From positions 444 to 64,443 of the forward strand of contig LQBE01000019.1 of the NCBI GenBank assembly GCA_002029975.1: DNA of 64,000 nt. The letters run 5' to 3'. The notes beneath the pieces were generated by a model, which saw nothing but the letters and a program-made list of their open reading frames with translations, was not told the DNA's origin and ran no database searches. Positions within the stretch are counted from its first letter, which is position 1. Every line of letters begins with the position of its first letter. Origin of the DNA: a delta proteobacterium ML8_F1 (GTDB taxonomy: Bacteria > Bacillota > Clostridia > Peptostreptococcales > Acidaminobacteraceae). Both the position numbers and the translations under genes were made by a program. Positions 10,373 through 18,881 of this stretch are shown piece by piece.

Positions 10373-11100
10373 ATATCAAAATTCTCACCCTGTTTCCCGA
10401 GGTAATCACGGCCTATACCCGGGCCAGCATTGTCGGCAGAGCCCAGGACAAGGGGCTGGTGGCCATTGAGGCTATCAACTTCAGGGATTTTGCCTTGAAC
10501 AGGCACGGGAGTGTCGACGACGCCCCCTTTGGCGGCGGCAAGGGCATGGTCCTCACCCCGGAGCCGCTGGCCCGGGCAATCCGTGAAATCAGGGAGAAGG
10601 AACTGGTGGTTTATCTCAGCCCCAAGGGCAGACCCCTGACGCAGGAGATGGCCATGACTCTTTCCAGGGAAACAGGGCTCATTATGGTATGCGGTCACTA
10701 CGAAGGGGTGGACGAGCGATTTATTTCGACCTATGTCGACCTGGAAATCTCCATCGGCGACTATGTCCTCAGTGGCGGGGAACTCGGGGCTCTGGTCCTC
10801 ACCGATGCGATAACCCGGCTGATTCCCGGTGTCCTGTCAGAGGGGTCCCTGGAAGAAGAGAGCTTCACCCGGTATCTCCTGGAGTATCCCCAGTACACCC
10901 GTCCCAGGATTTTTGAGGGTCAGCCGGTACCCGAGGTGCTTCTGAGCGGCAATCATCGGCATATTGAGGATTTCAGACTGGAGGCCGCCATCCGCCAAAC
11001 CCTCCTCAAACGACCGGATCTCATTGAAGAGGGAATCGCAAAAGAAGTCTTTGATTCGAAAACCCTGGATTTGATCACAAGGCTTAAAAAAACCTTGTGA
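10369..11100 (+). CDS. trmD: tRNA (guanine37-N1)-methyltransferase TrmD
   Basis: ILTLFPE..., CGHYEGVDERF, GDYVLSGGE, SGNHRHIEDFR. The start overlaps the rimM stop by 4 nt. Confidence 0.96.
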   Translation: MNIKILTLFPEVITAYTRASIVGRAQDKGLVAIEAINFRDFALNRHGSVDDAPFGGGKGMVLTPEPLARAIREIREKELVVYLSPKGRPLTQEMAMTLSRETGLIMVCGHYEGVDERFISTYVDLEISIGDYVLSGGELGALVLTDAITRLIPGVLSEGSLEEESFTRYLLEYPQYTRPRIFEGQPVPEVLLSGNHRHIEDFRLEAAIRQTLLKRPDLIEEGIAKEVFDSKTLDLITRLKKTL

Positions 11101-11114
11101 TGGCATGGGCCCTG

Positions 11115-11123
11115 TGTTATAAT
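11115..11123 (+). promoter_or_regulatory. Extended -10 promoter element upstream of rplS
   Basis: TGtTATAAT in the trmD-rplS gap. It implies a 5' UTR of roughly 65-70 nt. Confidence 0.5.
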
Positions 11124-11197
11124 AGGTCGGTAATACGGACGTTCCGCTGGCCCTTTTCGAGGTGGATGAACGGCTAAGAAGAAGGGAGGCATGACAA

Positions 11198-11545
11198 ATG
11201 AAACCAAGATTCATTCAAGAGATTGAAGAGCAGCAGATGAAAACTGAAATTCCTGAATTCCGCGTGGGTGATAACGTCAAGGTCCACTTGAGAATTGTGG
11301 AAGGCAAGCGAGAGAGAATTCAGATTTTTGAAGGCCTCGTCATCAAGAGGCAAAACGGTGGGATTTCTGAAAACTTTACCGTAAGAAAGATTTCCTCAGG
11401 CGTGGGCGTTGAAAAAACCCTTCCGCTTCATTCACCGAAGGTCGAAAAGATTGAACTGGTCCGAAAGGGCAAGGTAAGAAGAGCGAAGCTCTACTACATC
11501 CGAGACCGGGTGGGTAAAGCCGCCAAAGTAAAAGAACGCAAATAA
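11198..11545 (+). CDS. rplS: 50S ribosomal protein L19
   Basis: [46 protein letters not shown]...; GGGAGG is upstream. Confidence 0.97.
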   Translation: MKPRFIQEIEEQQMKTEIPEFRVGDNVKVHLRIVEGKRERIQIFEGLVIKRQNGGISENFTVRKISSGVGVEKTLPLHSPKVEKIELVRKGKVRRAKLYYIRDRVGKAAKVKERK

Positions 11546-11546
11546 T

Positions 11547-11580
11547 AAACGGACTGGCTGATGCCAGTTTGTTTGTTTTT
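11547..11580 (+). terminator. Intrinsic terminator after rplS
   Basis: Stem AAACGGACTGGC / GCCAGTTTGTTT (core ACTGGC-TGAT-GCCAGT plus G.U and A-T extension), followed by TTTTT. Confidence 0.75.
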
Positions 11581-11581
11581 A

Positions 11582-11590
11582 TGATATAAT
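11582..11590 (+). promoter_or_regulatory. Extended -10 promoter element upstream of rbgA
   Basis: TGaTATAAT directly after the rplS terminator. This placement argues against the GTG 11595 start given in the ORF track. Confidence 0.5.
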
Positions 11591-11618
11591 TGGGGTGTAT
11601 TTCGAGGGGGGAAGACCA

Positions 11619-12476
11619 ATGTCAATCAACTGGTATCCGGGACATATGAAAAAGACCAAGGAGCTTATCGAGGAGCATCTGAAACTCGTTGATGTCGTGG
11701 TGGAACTCCTGGATGCACGGATTCCCGTCAGTTCTAAAAACCCCCAGCTTGATCGCATGATTCAGGGGAAAGAACGGATTATTGTCTTCAATAAATCAGA
11801 TCTTGCCGACGCCGATGTTCTGGAAAACTGGATACGGTTTTATAAACAAAAGGGGATATTTTCAATTCCCGTCACCTGTCTGACCGGTGAAGGGGTGAAC
11901 CGGCTGATTCACGAAATAAAAATCAGGGCCGAGGAAAAACTCGAGGCCAAACGCTCCCGGGGGATGATTGACCGGCCCATCCGCGTGATGATTGTAGGCA
12001 TCCCCAATGTGGGCAAGTCCTCTCTGATCAACAAGCTTGCCGGCAAGCGGACAGCGCAGATCGGCAACAAGCCCGGGGTCACCAGGGGAAAACAATGGAT
12101 CAGAATCAGAAAAGGACTGGAGCTCTTTGATACACCGGGGATTCTCTGGCCAAGAATTGAAGACCCCATGGTGGGCAGGCATCTCGCCTTTGTAGGCTCC
12201 ATCAAGGACGATGTCATTGATATTGAAACCATTGCCCAAGACCTGCTGGGTTTCCTCAAAAGGCACTATCCGCAGCTCATCCTGGAAAGATACGGGGTAG
12301 ACCCCAGGGACAAACCACCGCTTGAACTGATGGAAGCCATCGCCGTCAGCCGGGGGACCCTCCTGAAAAAAGGTCTTGTGGACCACAATAAAATCGCCCA
12401 CATTATTCTGGATGAATTCAGGAGAGGAAAAATCGGAAAAATCTCACTGGAGTGGCCTGTCTATGAAGAAAAGTAA
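11619..12476 (+). CDS. rbgA: Ribosome biogenesis GTPase A (YlqF/RbgA)
   Basis: Circularly permuted GTPase with NKSDL, then GIPNVGKSSLINKL, then DTPGILWP. N-terminal WYPGHM. Confidence 0.94.
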   Translation: MSINWYPGHMKKTKELIEEHLKLVDVVVELLDARIPVSSKNPQLDRMIQGKERIIVFNKSDLADADVLENWIRFYKQKGIFSIPVTCLTGEGVNRLIHEIKIRAEEKLEAKRSRGMIDRPIRVMIVGIPNVGKSSLINKLAGKRTAQIGNKPGVTRGKQWIRIRKGLELFDTPGILWPRIEDPMVGRHLAFVGSIKDDVIDIETIAQDLLGFLKRHYPQLILERYGVDPRDKPPLELMEAIAVSRGTLLKKGLVDHNKIAHIILDEFRRGKIGKISLEWPVYEEK

Positions 12477-13242
12477 GTTCAACTGGCTGGAACTGCCGGT
12501 AAAAAAAATCAAGAATTCCCTGGAGGAAATGGTTGAAATCGACCAGGAAATCCTGGAAGTCCTCAAAAACGACCACCGTCTTTCGGTGCAGCGGATTGCC
12601 TACCAGATAGAAGAAAAACACGCTATGAAGCAGCGCTATATACAGCATTATCAGAGTTTGAACCATTACGAAAACAAAGCCGGGGAAGCCGGTTACCGAC
12701 TGATTGCCGGGATTGATGAAGCCGGCCGCGGGCCTCTCGCGGGACCTGTGGTGGCGGCGGCTGTAATCCTCAGAGAGGACGAGATGATTCTAGGACTTGA
12801 TGATTCGAAAAAAATCTCGCCCAAAAGGCGTCTGGAGCTTTTCAAGGAGATCAATCTCAAGGCCAGAAGTGTGGGGGTGGGTGTCGTGGATGAAAGGCGG
12901 ATTGATGCCGTCAATATCCTCGAGGCCACCAGGGAGGCCATGGTCAAAGCGGTGAAAAATCTACGGCCCCAACCGGATCTGCTTCTGATTGACGCCCTGG
13001 AACTGGAGGTGGATATCGATCAGTTTGCCATCATCAAGGGCGACAGCTTGAGCAATTCCATCGCCGCGGCTTCCATTGTGGCCAAGGTCACCCGCGACCA
13101 TCTCATGGAAGCCTATCATTTCAGATATCCGCAGTACGGGTTCATGTCCCACAAGGGATACGGCACACACCAGCATTATGAGGCGCTGCGACAGTACGGT
13201 CCGACAGCAATCCATCGCAGAACCTTTATCAAAAATCTCTAA
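12463..13242 (+). CDS. rnhB: Ribonuclease HII
   Basis: GIDEAGRGPLAGPVVAAAV, DDSKK, GDSLSNSIAAASIVAKV, HKGYGT. ATG 12463 overlaps the rbgA end. Confidence 0.94.
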   Translation: MKKSKFNWLELPVKKIKNSLEEMVEIDQEILEVLKNDHRLSVQRIAYQIEEKHAMKQRYIQHYQSLNHYENKAGEAGYRLIAGIDEAGRGPLAGPVVAAAVILREDEMILGLDDSKKISPKRRLELFKEINLKARSVGVGVVDERRIDAVNILEATREAMVKAVKNLRPQPDLLLIDALELEVDIDQFAIIKGDSLSNSIAAASIVAKVTRDHLMEAYHFRYPQYGFMSHKGYGTHQHYEALRQYGPTAIHRRTFIKNL

Positions 13243-13256
13243 GGGGGCTACCGGCA

Positions 13257-13676
13257 TTGAAATATACAAAAAAGCGCAGCGCGGTCATTCTTGAAAACCT
13301 CGGGATTGTGTTCTTGGTTTCCTTTGCCGTCTATCCGAGTTACTGGCTTTTCAGGGGAATTGTATTGATTCTAGGGATACTGCTCATCAAGGACCAGATT
13401 GTCAACCGGAACTACCATCTGATTCTGGACGAAGAGGGAATCAAGGAAATCAAGGGGAATTCCCTTAGGAGCATCCCCTATGAGGGAATCACCTTTATCA
13501 CGATTTCTAGAAAATTCAAGAAATACATCATGGTCGGGAATATGCAGGAGATGCTCACTATCAGAAATACCGTTGAAGGCCGCAAGGACCTGATAGAAAA
13601 ACTGATAAAAAAAACCAGGCACAATCCCGATATCTATGTGGATCGCCATGTGCCTGTGATTCTGGACAAATATTGA
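13257..13676 (+). CDS. Hypothetical small membrane protein (two N-terminal TM helices plus a soluble, possibly PH-like, domain)
   Basis: 139-aa ORF with a TTG start 9 nt after AAGGGGG. Hydrophobic stretches LGIVFLVSFAVYPSYWLF and IVLILGILLI. No family motif I recognise. It sits where yraN/comM usually lie between rnhB and dprA. Confidence 0.55.
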   Translation: MKYTKKRSAVILENLGIVFLVSFAVYPSYWLFRGIVLILGILLIKDQIVNRNYHLILDEEGIKEIKGNSLRSIPYEGITFITISRKFKKYIMVGNMQEMLTIRNTVEGRKDLIEKLIKKTRHNPDIYVDRHVPVILDKY

Positions 13677-13730
13677 CAATTGAAGGAAACTTTTTAAGCA
13701 TCGGGGATTGAAGCCATCTTTTGTGGAATA

Positions 13731-14390
13731 ATGAAAAGGGTGGTTTTTTTGTTGACAATCACAGGAAATGAGATGCCTTCGAGACTGCATCACATCACAG
13801 ACCCACCGGCAAGCTTGAATTATGCCGGAAAAATCAGCTATCTCCATGAAGCGGACAGCCTGGCCATTGTGGGCAGCCGAAGGGCCACCCGGGAGGGGTG
13901 CCGCCTGGCGTTTTCCTTTGCCTATGACCTGGCCAGGGCGGGGGTCACTGTGGTCAGCGGCATGGCCCTGGGCATCGATGCCATGGCTCACTGGGGCGCC
14001 CATATGGCGGGAGGCAGGACCATCGGGGTTTTGGGATGCGGCCTGGAAAGGGATTATCCCAAAAGAAACCGCCAGCTGCGCCAGCTGATGAAAAGGGACC
14101 AACTGCTCGTGACGGAATATTCCCCCACGGCGAAACCCCAAGCCCAGAATTTCCCCTACCGCAACCGGCTGATCAGCGGTTTGTCCATGGGGGTCCTGGT
14201 GGTGGAGGCTGAAATCAACAGCGGGACCATGACCACGGTGAATCACGGGTTGAACCAGGCAAAGCCCATATTCGTGATACCGGGATCTGTCGAGGATCCC
14301 ATGAAAAAAGGCAACAATGCCCTGATTAAAATGGGGGCAGTCCCCGTGACCACCCCCATGGATATTCTCAGTTATCTGAATCTGATGTAA
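13731..14390 (+). CDS. dprA: DNA processing protein DprA, Rossmann-fold core only
   Basis: AIVGSRRAT, VVSGMALGIDAMAH, FPYRNRLISGLS, VVEAEINSGTMTTV. Only 219 aa (205 aa if ATG 13773 is the start). Confidence 0.85.
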   Translation: MKRVVFLLTITGNEMPSRLHHITDPPASLNYAGKISYLHEADSLAIVGSRRATREGCRLAFSFAYDLARAGVTVVSGMALGIDAMAHWGAHMAGGRTIGVLGCGLERDYPKRNRQLRQLMKRDQLLVTEYSPTAKPQAQNFPYRNRLISGLSMGVLVVEAEINSGTMTTVNHGLNQAKPIFVIPGSVEDPMKKGNNALIKMGAVPVTTPMDILSYLNLM

Positions 14391-14913
14391 ATTCCATGTA
14401 CTCCAGGTCAGTCTCATTGATTCTCGCCAAGGCATAGATAAAATCGCTGAGGCGGTTGACATACTTGATGAGCACGGGATCCACCTCTTCCTTGCGCGAC
14501 AGGGCCAGGATTCTTCTTTCAGCCCTGCGGCACACCGTCCGGGCGACATGGAGTGATGCTGAAAACGCGTTTGATCCCGGCAGGATAAACTTGTTTTTCT
14601 GTTCCTTGTTCATGATTTCCAGATAGATGTCCATTTTTGATTCCAAGGCCTCTACGTCCCTTGGCTGGATTTTGTAGGGAAACGGAGTCCCCACAGTGGC
14701 AAGATCCCCCGCCACATGGAATAATTTCTTCTGGATAGCAGTGATTTCGCTTTTAATCACCGATTCTTCGGAAAAATTTTTAGCCAGACCCAGAGCCGCT
14801 CCAAGTTCATCAACGGTGCCATAGGCTTCCACCCGCGCAGAATCCTTGTCCACCCGCTGTTCAGAGTACAAACTCGTCTGTCCGGTGTCTCCGGTTTTAG
14901 TATAGATTTTCAT
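14368..14913 (-). CDS. pduO: PduO-type ATP:cob(I)alamin adenosyltransferase
   Basis: MKIYTKTGDTGQTSL...VEAYGTVDELGAALG...CRRAERR. GGAGGTG lies upstream of the ATG at 14913. The 3' end overlaps the dprA 3' end. Confidence 0.88.
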   Translation of the reverse strand: MKIYTKTGDTGQTSLYSEQRVDKDSARVEAYGTVDELGAALGLAKNFSEESVIKSEITAIQKKLFHVAGDLATVGTPFPYKIQPRDVEALESKMDIYLEIMNKEQKNKFILPGSNAFSASLHVARTVCRRAERRILALSRKEEVDPVLIKYVNRLSDFIYALARINETDLEYMEFTSDSDN

Positions 14914-15049
14914 GGTGTCACCTCCATGTTGTTCTTTACCCATAAATGCCCGGTTGAAAATATTTTGTTGATTTTTTAATTCTTTATAATATACTAGGAA
15001 TTAGTTGTTTTGTCACTTGTGAAAAGATTCAGATAATTGGAGGGTTACT

Positions 15050-17104
15050 ATGCCGAAATATCTTGTCATTGTAGAGTCGCCGGCCAAGGCAAAGACCATC
15101 GAAAAATTTCTAGGCAGAAATTTCAAGGTGGTAGCCTCCGTTGGACATATCCGGGATCTCCCGAAGAGTAAAATGGGTATCGATGTTGAAAATGATTTTG
15201 AACCGAAGTACATCAATATCCGGGGCAAGGGGCCTGTGATCAAAGAAATCAAAAAACTTGCTGCAAAGCATGACCACGTTCTGATAGCCACCGACCCGGA
15301 CCGGGAAGGGGAGGCCATTGCCTGGCACCTGGCCCATATTCTGGGTCTGAACCTGGAGGATTCCTTCAGGGTCACCTTTAACGAGATTACCAAGGAAGCC
15401 GTCAAAAAAGCCGTGAAAAATCCCAGAAAAGTGGACCTGGACCTGGTGGATGCCCAGCAGGCCCGACGCATTCTGGATCGGCTGGTGGGTTATTCCATCA
15501 GTCCCATACTCTGGTCGAAGGTCAGAAAGGGACTCAGTGCCGGCAGAGTGCAGTCAGTTGCCACCAAGATGATCTGTGAGCGCGAAAGGGAAATACTGGC
15601 TTTTGAACCTCAGGAATACTGGCATCTGAGTGCTTTTTTAAACACCCTCAAAAAAGAAACCTTTGAAGCCAGGGTGATGGAATTCGAGGACAAGCCCCTG
15701 GTGGTTGCCACGGCGGAGGAAGCCTCTGAACATACAAAAGCGCTGGAAAAGGCCGCTTATGCTGTCAAGGATGTGAGCGTCAAAGAAAAGAGCTACAAGC
15801 CAAACCCCAGTTTCATCACCAGTTCGCTGCAGCAGGAGGCTTCCAACCAGTTCAATTTTTCGACCAAGAAAACCATGATGGTAGCCCAGCAGCTTTACGA
15901 AGGGATCAAACTCAAGGAAGGCCTGGAGGGTCTGATTACCTACATGCGGACCGATTCCACCCGCCTGTCCGATGAAGCCAAGGGCGCTCTTAAGGAATTC
16001 ATCCTTGAAAATTTTGGAGACTCCTATCTAGGGACCTTTGCCGATACAAAAAACAAGAGTGGGGCCCAGGACGCCCACGAGGCCATTCGCCCCTCCAACA
16101 TCCATCGCACGCCGGAGTCGATCAAGGCCTATCTCAGCAAAGACCAGTATCGCCTGTATGAAATGATCTGGCAGCGGACCGTGGCTTCCGTGATGGCGCC
16201 GGCGGTCTACAGCCATCTCAGTGTTGCCATCAAAGCCGAAGCCTATGAACTCAAGGCCACGGGATCGACCTTGAAATTCGACGGTTATTTAAAGGTGCTG
16301 AGCACCAGGAAAAAGGACACCTTTCTTCCCCTGGTTGAGGCGGGAGAGAAACTTCTTCCCGAGGATATCAAGGCACAGCAGAAATTCACCCAGCCCCCCG
16401 CCAGGTATTCCGAAGCAAGTCTCGTCAAAGAGATGGAGGACAAGGGCATCGGCAGACCCAGCACCTACGCCCCTACCATCAGCACTATTCAAAGCCGCGG
16501 GTATGTGCAAAAGACCGGCAAACAACTGGCTCCCACAGAGCTTGGCTTCATTATTGACGAAATCATGGATGAGCACTTCAATCCCATTGTGGCCATTGAT
16601 TTCACCGCCGAAATGGAGAAGCACTTCGACAAGGTCGAGCAGGGGTCTGAATCCTGGAAAAAAATCATCAGAGAATTCTACAATCCCTTTGAAACCCTGA
16701 TTGAAAAGGCGAAGCGGGATCTCGAAAAAATGGACCTTGCTGAAGAAACCGATATCGATTGTGAAAAATGCGGGGCCAAGATGGTCATCAAACACGGTCG
16801 TTACGGAAAATTTCTGGCCTGTTCAAATTACCCGGAATGCACCAATACGAAACCGATACTCAAGGAAATCGGGGTAAAATGTCCCGTGTGCAAAACCGGT
16901 GAGATTGTCGAGCGCAGAACGAATAAATTCAAAATATTCTACGGATGTTCGAATTTTCCGGATTGTCGCTTTGTCAGCTGGGACAGGCCCGTTAACAAGT
17001 CGTGCCCCACCTGCGGTTCAATTCTGGTGCAAGGGAAGGGGAAAAACAAGGATTATCTTGTGTGTTCCAATAAAGAGTGCGATTATAAGGAGAGAAAGGT
17101 GTGA
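15050..17104 (+). CDS. topA: DNA topoisomerase I
   Basis: TOPRIM N-terminus LVIVESPAKAKTIEKFLG, DPDREGEAIAWH, catalytic-Tyr region ITYMRTDS, and three C-terminal Cys4 zinc ribbons. Confidence 0.96.
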   Translation: MPKYLVIVESPAKAKTIEKFLGRNFKVVASVGHIRDLPKSKMGIDVENDFEPKYINIRGKGPVIKEIKKLAAKHDHVLIATDPDREGEAIAWHLAHILGLNLEDSFRVTFNEITKEAVKKAVKNPRKVDLDLVDAQQARRILDRLVGYSISPILWSKVRKGLSAGRVQSVATKMICEREREILAFEPQEYWHLSAFLNTLKKETFEARVMEFEDKPLVVATAEEASEHTKALEKAAYAVKDVSVKEKSYKPNPSFITSSLQQEASNQFNFSTKKTMMVAQQLYEGIKLKEGLEGLITYMRTDSTRLSDEAKGALKEFILENFGDSYLGTFADTKNKSGAQDAHEAIRPSNIHRTPESIKAYLSKDQYRLYEMIWQRTVASVMAPAVYSHLSVAIKAEAYELKATGSTLKFDGYLKVLSTRKKDTFLPLVEAGEKLLPEDIKAQQKFTQPPARYSEASLVKEMEDKGIGRPSTYAPTISTIQSRGYVQKTGKQLAPTELGFIIDEIMDEHFNPIVAIDFTAEMEKHFDKVEQGSESWKKIIREFYNPFETLIEKAKRDLEKMDLAEETDIDCEKCGAKMVIKHGRYGKFLACSNYPECTNTKPILKEIGVKCPVCKTGEIVERRTNKFKIFYGCSNFPDCRFVSWDRPVNKSCPTCGSILVQGKGKNKDYLVCSNKECDYKERKV

Positions 17105-17110
17105 TGACAA

Positions 17111-17887
17111 TTGATCAGCGATCTACTGGCGAAAACAAGACAGCTCAATAAAGTGCTGCAGTCGACGGATGAAACCCCTGTGGTTTACGCGAACCTGTGC
17201 GAACTTTTGAAGGATGTTCTGGATTCCAATGTGTATATTGTCGATGCCAGGGGAGTGGTGCTGGGCACGAGCTTTGTCAATGTCGAGGAAAGTGCGGTGT
17301 TGGTGGATGAGGCGACCCAGGAACAGTATTTCCCGAAGTCCTACAATGATTCCCTCCTTGAGATCAAGGACACCCGATACAATATCACCAAGGAAAAACT
17401 TCTTGAAATCTTTGAAAATGAAATCGACAGCTATCTGAAATTTGCCACGATTGTCCCCATTCAGGGGGGAGGGAATCGTCTGGGCACCCTGGTCCTGGCC
17501 AGGCAGAAGGATGTGTTCAATGACGAGGATCTTGTTCTGGCTGAATACGCCGCCACGGTAGTGGGCATGGAAATCATCCGTGAAGAGCGCAGGACCATGG
17601 AAAACCGGATCAGACAGCAGGCCGTCGTGAAAATGGCCATTGAGACCCTTTCCTACTCTGAGCTTGAAGCCATGGTGCACATTTTCAGGGAGCTAGAGGG
17701 CGGCGAAGGCCTTCTGGTGGCTTCCAAAATCGCCGATCGGGTGGGGATCACCCGCAGTGTCATTGTCAATGCCCTCAGAAAGTTCGAAAGCGCCGGCATC
17801 ATCGAATCCAGAAGTCTTGGCATGAAGGGCACCCATATCAAGGTACTCAACGACTATCTGCTCGATGAACTTTTCAAGCAGGTCTAA
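17111..17887 (+). CDS. codY: GTP/BCAA-sensing global regulator CodY
   Basis: GAF-like N-terminal domain and wHTH ASKIADRVGITRSVIVNALRKFESAGIIESRSLGMKGT. TTG start; no in-frame ATG gives a full-length N-terminus. Confidence 0.94.
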   Translation: MISDLLAKTRQLNKVLQSTDETPVVYANLCELLKDVLDSNVYIVDARGVVLGTSFVNVEESAVLVDEATQEQYFPKSYNDSLLEIKDTRYNITKEKLLEIFENEIDSYLKFATIVPIQGGGNRLGTLVLARQKDVFNDEDLVLAEYAATVVGMEIIREERRTMENRIRQQAVVKMAIETLSYSELEAMVHIFRELEGGEGLLVASKIADRVGITRSVIVNALRKFESAGIIESRSLGMKGTHIKVLNDYLLDELFKQV

Positions 17888-17907
17888 AGTCCTTGAGGGA
17901 AAAACCG

Positions 17908-17936
17908 TTGTAAACCTTTGAGGTCTGTGATACAAT
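17908..17936 (+). promoter_or_regulatory. SigA-type promoter for rpsB-tsf
   Basis: TTGTAA, 17-nt spacer, TACAAT with an upstream TG (TGaTACAAT). It implies a 5' UTR of about 100 nt. Confidence 0.65.
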
Positions 17937-18039
17937 ACTAAAGGTCAAATAAGCACGGATTCTGACAGTTTCACCGGTGCCTTTAAGGTGGTGGAACGGG
18001 ATGACGGGTCCGGGTGTCAAAACAAAAGGAGGAAAAGTA

Positions 18040-18825
18040 ATGTCAGTTATCAGTATGAAACAGCTGCTTGAAGCAGGGGTTCACTTTGGTCACCAGACCA
18101 GAAGATGGAATCCAAAAATGGCTCCCTACATTTTTACTGAAAGAAACGGGATTTACATCATTGATCTGCAGAAAACAGTGAAAATGATCGAAGAGGCCTA
18201 CAATGTGGTTCGGGACATCGCCCAGGAAGGCGGCACGGTTCTTTTTGTAGGAACCAAGAAACAGGCCCAGGAGTCCATTGAGATTGAAGCCAAAAGGGCT
18301 GGCATGTTCTATGTGAACCAGCGCTGGCTGGGGGGCATGCTCACCAACTACAAAACCATTAAAAAAAGGATTGACCTGTTGTATGCCATTGACAAGATGG
18401 AAAGCGACGGAACCTTTGATTCTCTTCCAAAGAAGGAAGTTCTGGATTTAAAGCATAAAAGAGACCGGCTTGAGAAATTCCTCGGCGGCATCAAGGAAAT
18501 GAAGGGTATTCCCGATGCCATTTTCGTCATCGACCCCAAAAAAGAAAAGATTGCCATCCATGAAGCACGGCTTCTGGGCATTCCGGTTATCGGCGTGGTG
18601 GATACGAACTGCGATCCCGATGAAATGGACTATCCGATTCCCGGCAATGACGATGCAATCCGTGCCGTGAAGCTGATTTCAGCGACCATTGCCAATGCAG
18701 TCATTGAAGGGAAGCAGGGAATTGACGCTCAGGAAGAAACCCCCAAAGCGGCTGAAGCCGTGGGCAGTGCCCCTGAAGCGCCGGCAGAAGAAGCGGTGGC
18801 GGAGGAAGCGTCAACTGAAAAATAA
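18040..18825 (+). CDS. rpsB: 30S ribosomal protein S2
   Basis: [22 protein letters not shown]...; AAAGGAGG lies upstream of ATG 18040. The GTG at 17977 in the ORF track is rejected. Confidence 0.97.
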   Translation: MSVISMKQLLEAGVHFGHQTRRWNPKMAPYIFTERNGIYIIDLQKTVKMIEEAYNVVRDIAQEGGTVLFVGTKKQAQESIEIEAKRAGMFYVNQRWLGGMLTNYKTIKKRIDLLYAIDKMESDGTFDSLPKKEVLDLKHKRDRLEKFLGGIKEMKGIPDAIFVIDPKKEKIAIHEARLLGIPVIGVVDTNCDPDEMDYPIPGNDDAIRAVKLISATIANAVIEGKQGIDAQEETPKAAEAVGSAPEAPAEEAVAEEASTEK

Positions 18826-18881
18826 TTGCCAAGGTAAGGACCCTGTCCTTGCCTTTAGACTGATATAAGGAGGAATAGACC

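Noticed and set aside
13371-14549. A 392-aa minus-strand ORF spanning the hypothetical gene, dprA and part of pduO.
   Set aside because: It is antisense to a recognisable DprA core. It has a biased H/G/P/R-rich composition, no SD and no family motifs. It looks like a typical shadow ORF of a G/C-rich third-position frame.
14944-15049. The AT-rich divergent pduO/topA spacer with TATAAT at 14985-14990, considered as the topA promoter.
   Set aside because: No -35 element lies at an acceptable spacing (the TTGAAA, TTGTTG and TTGATT candidates are 25, 14 and 11 nt away), and there is no TG extension. It is plausible but not supportable by eye.
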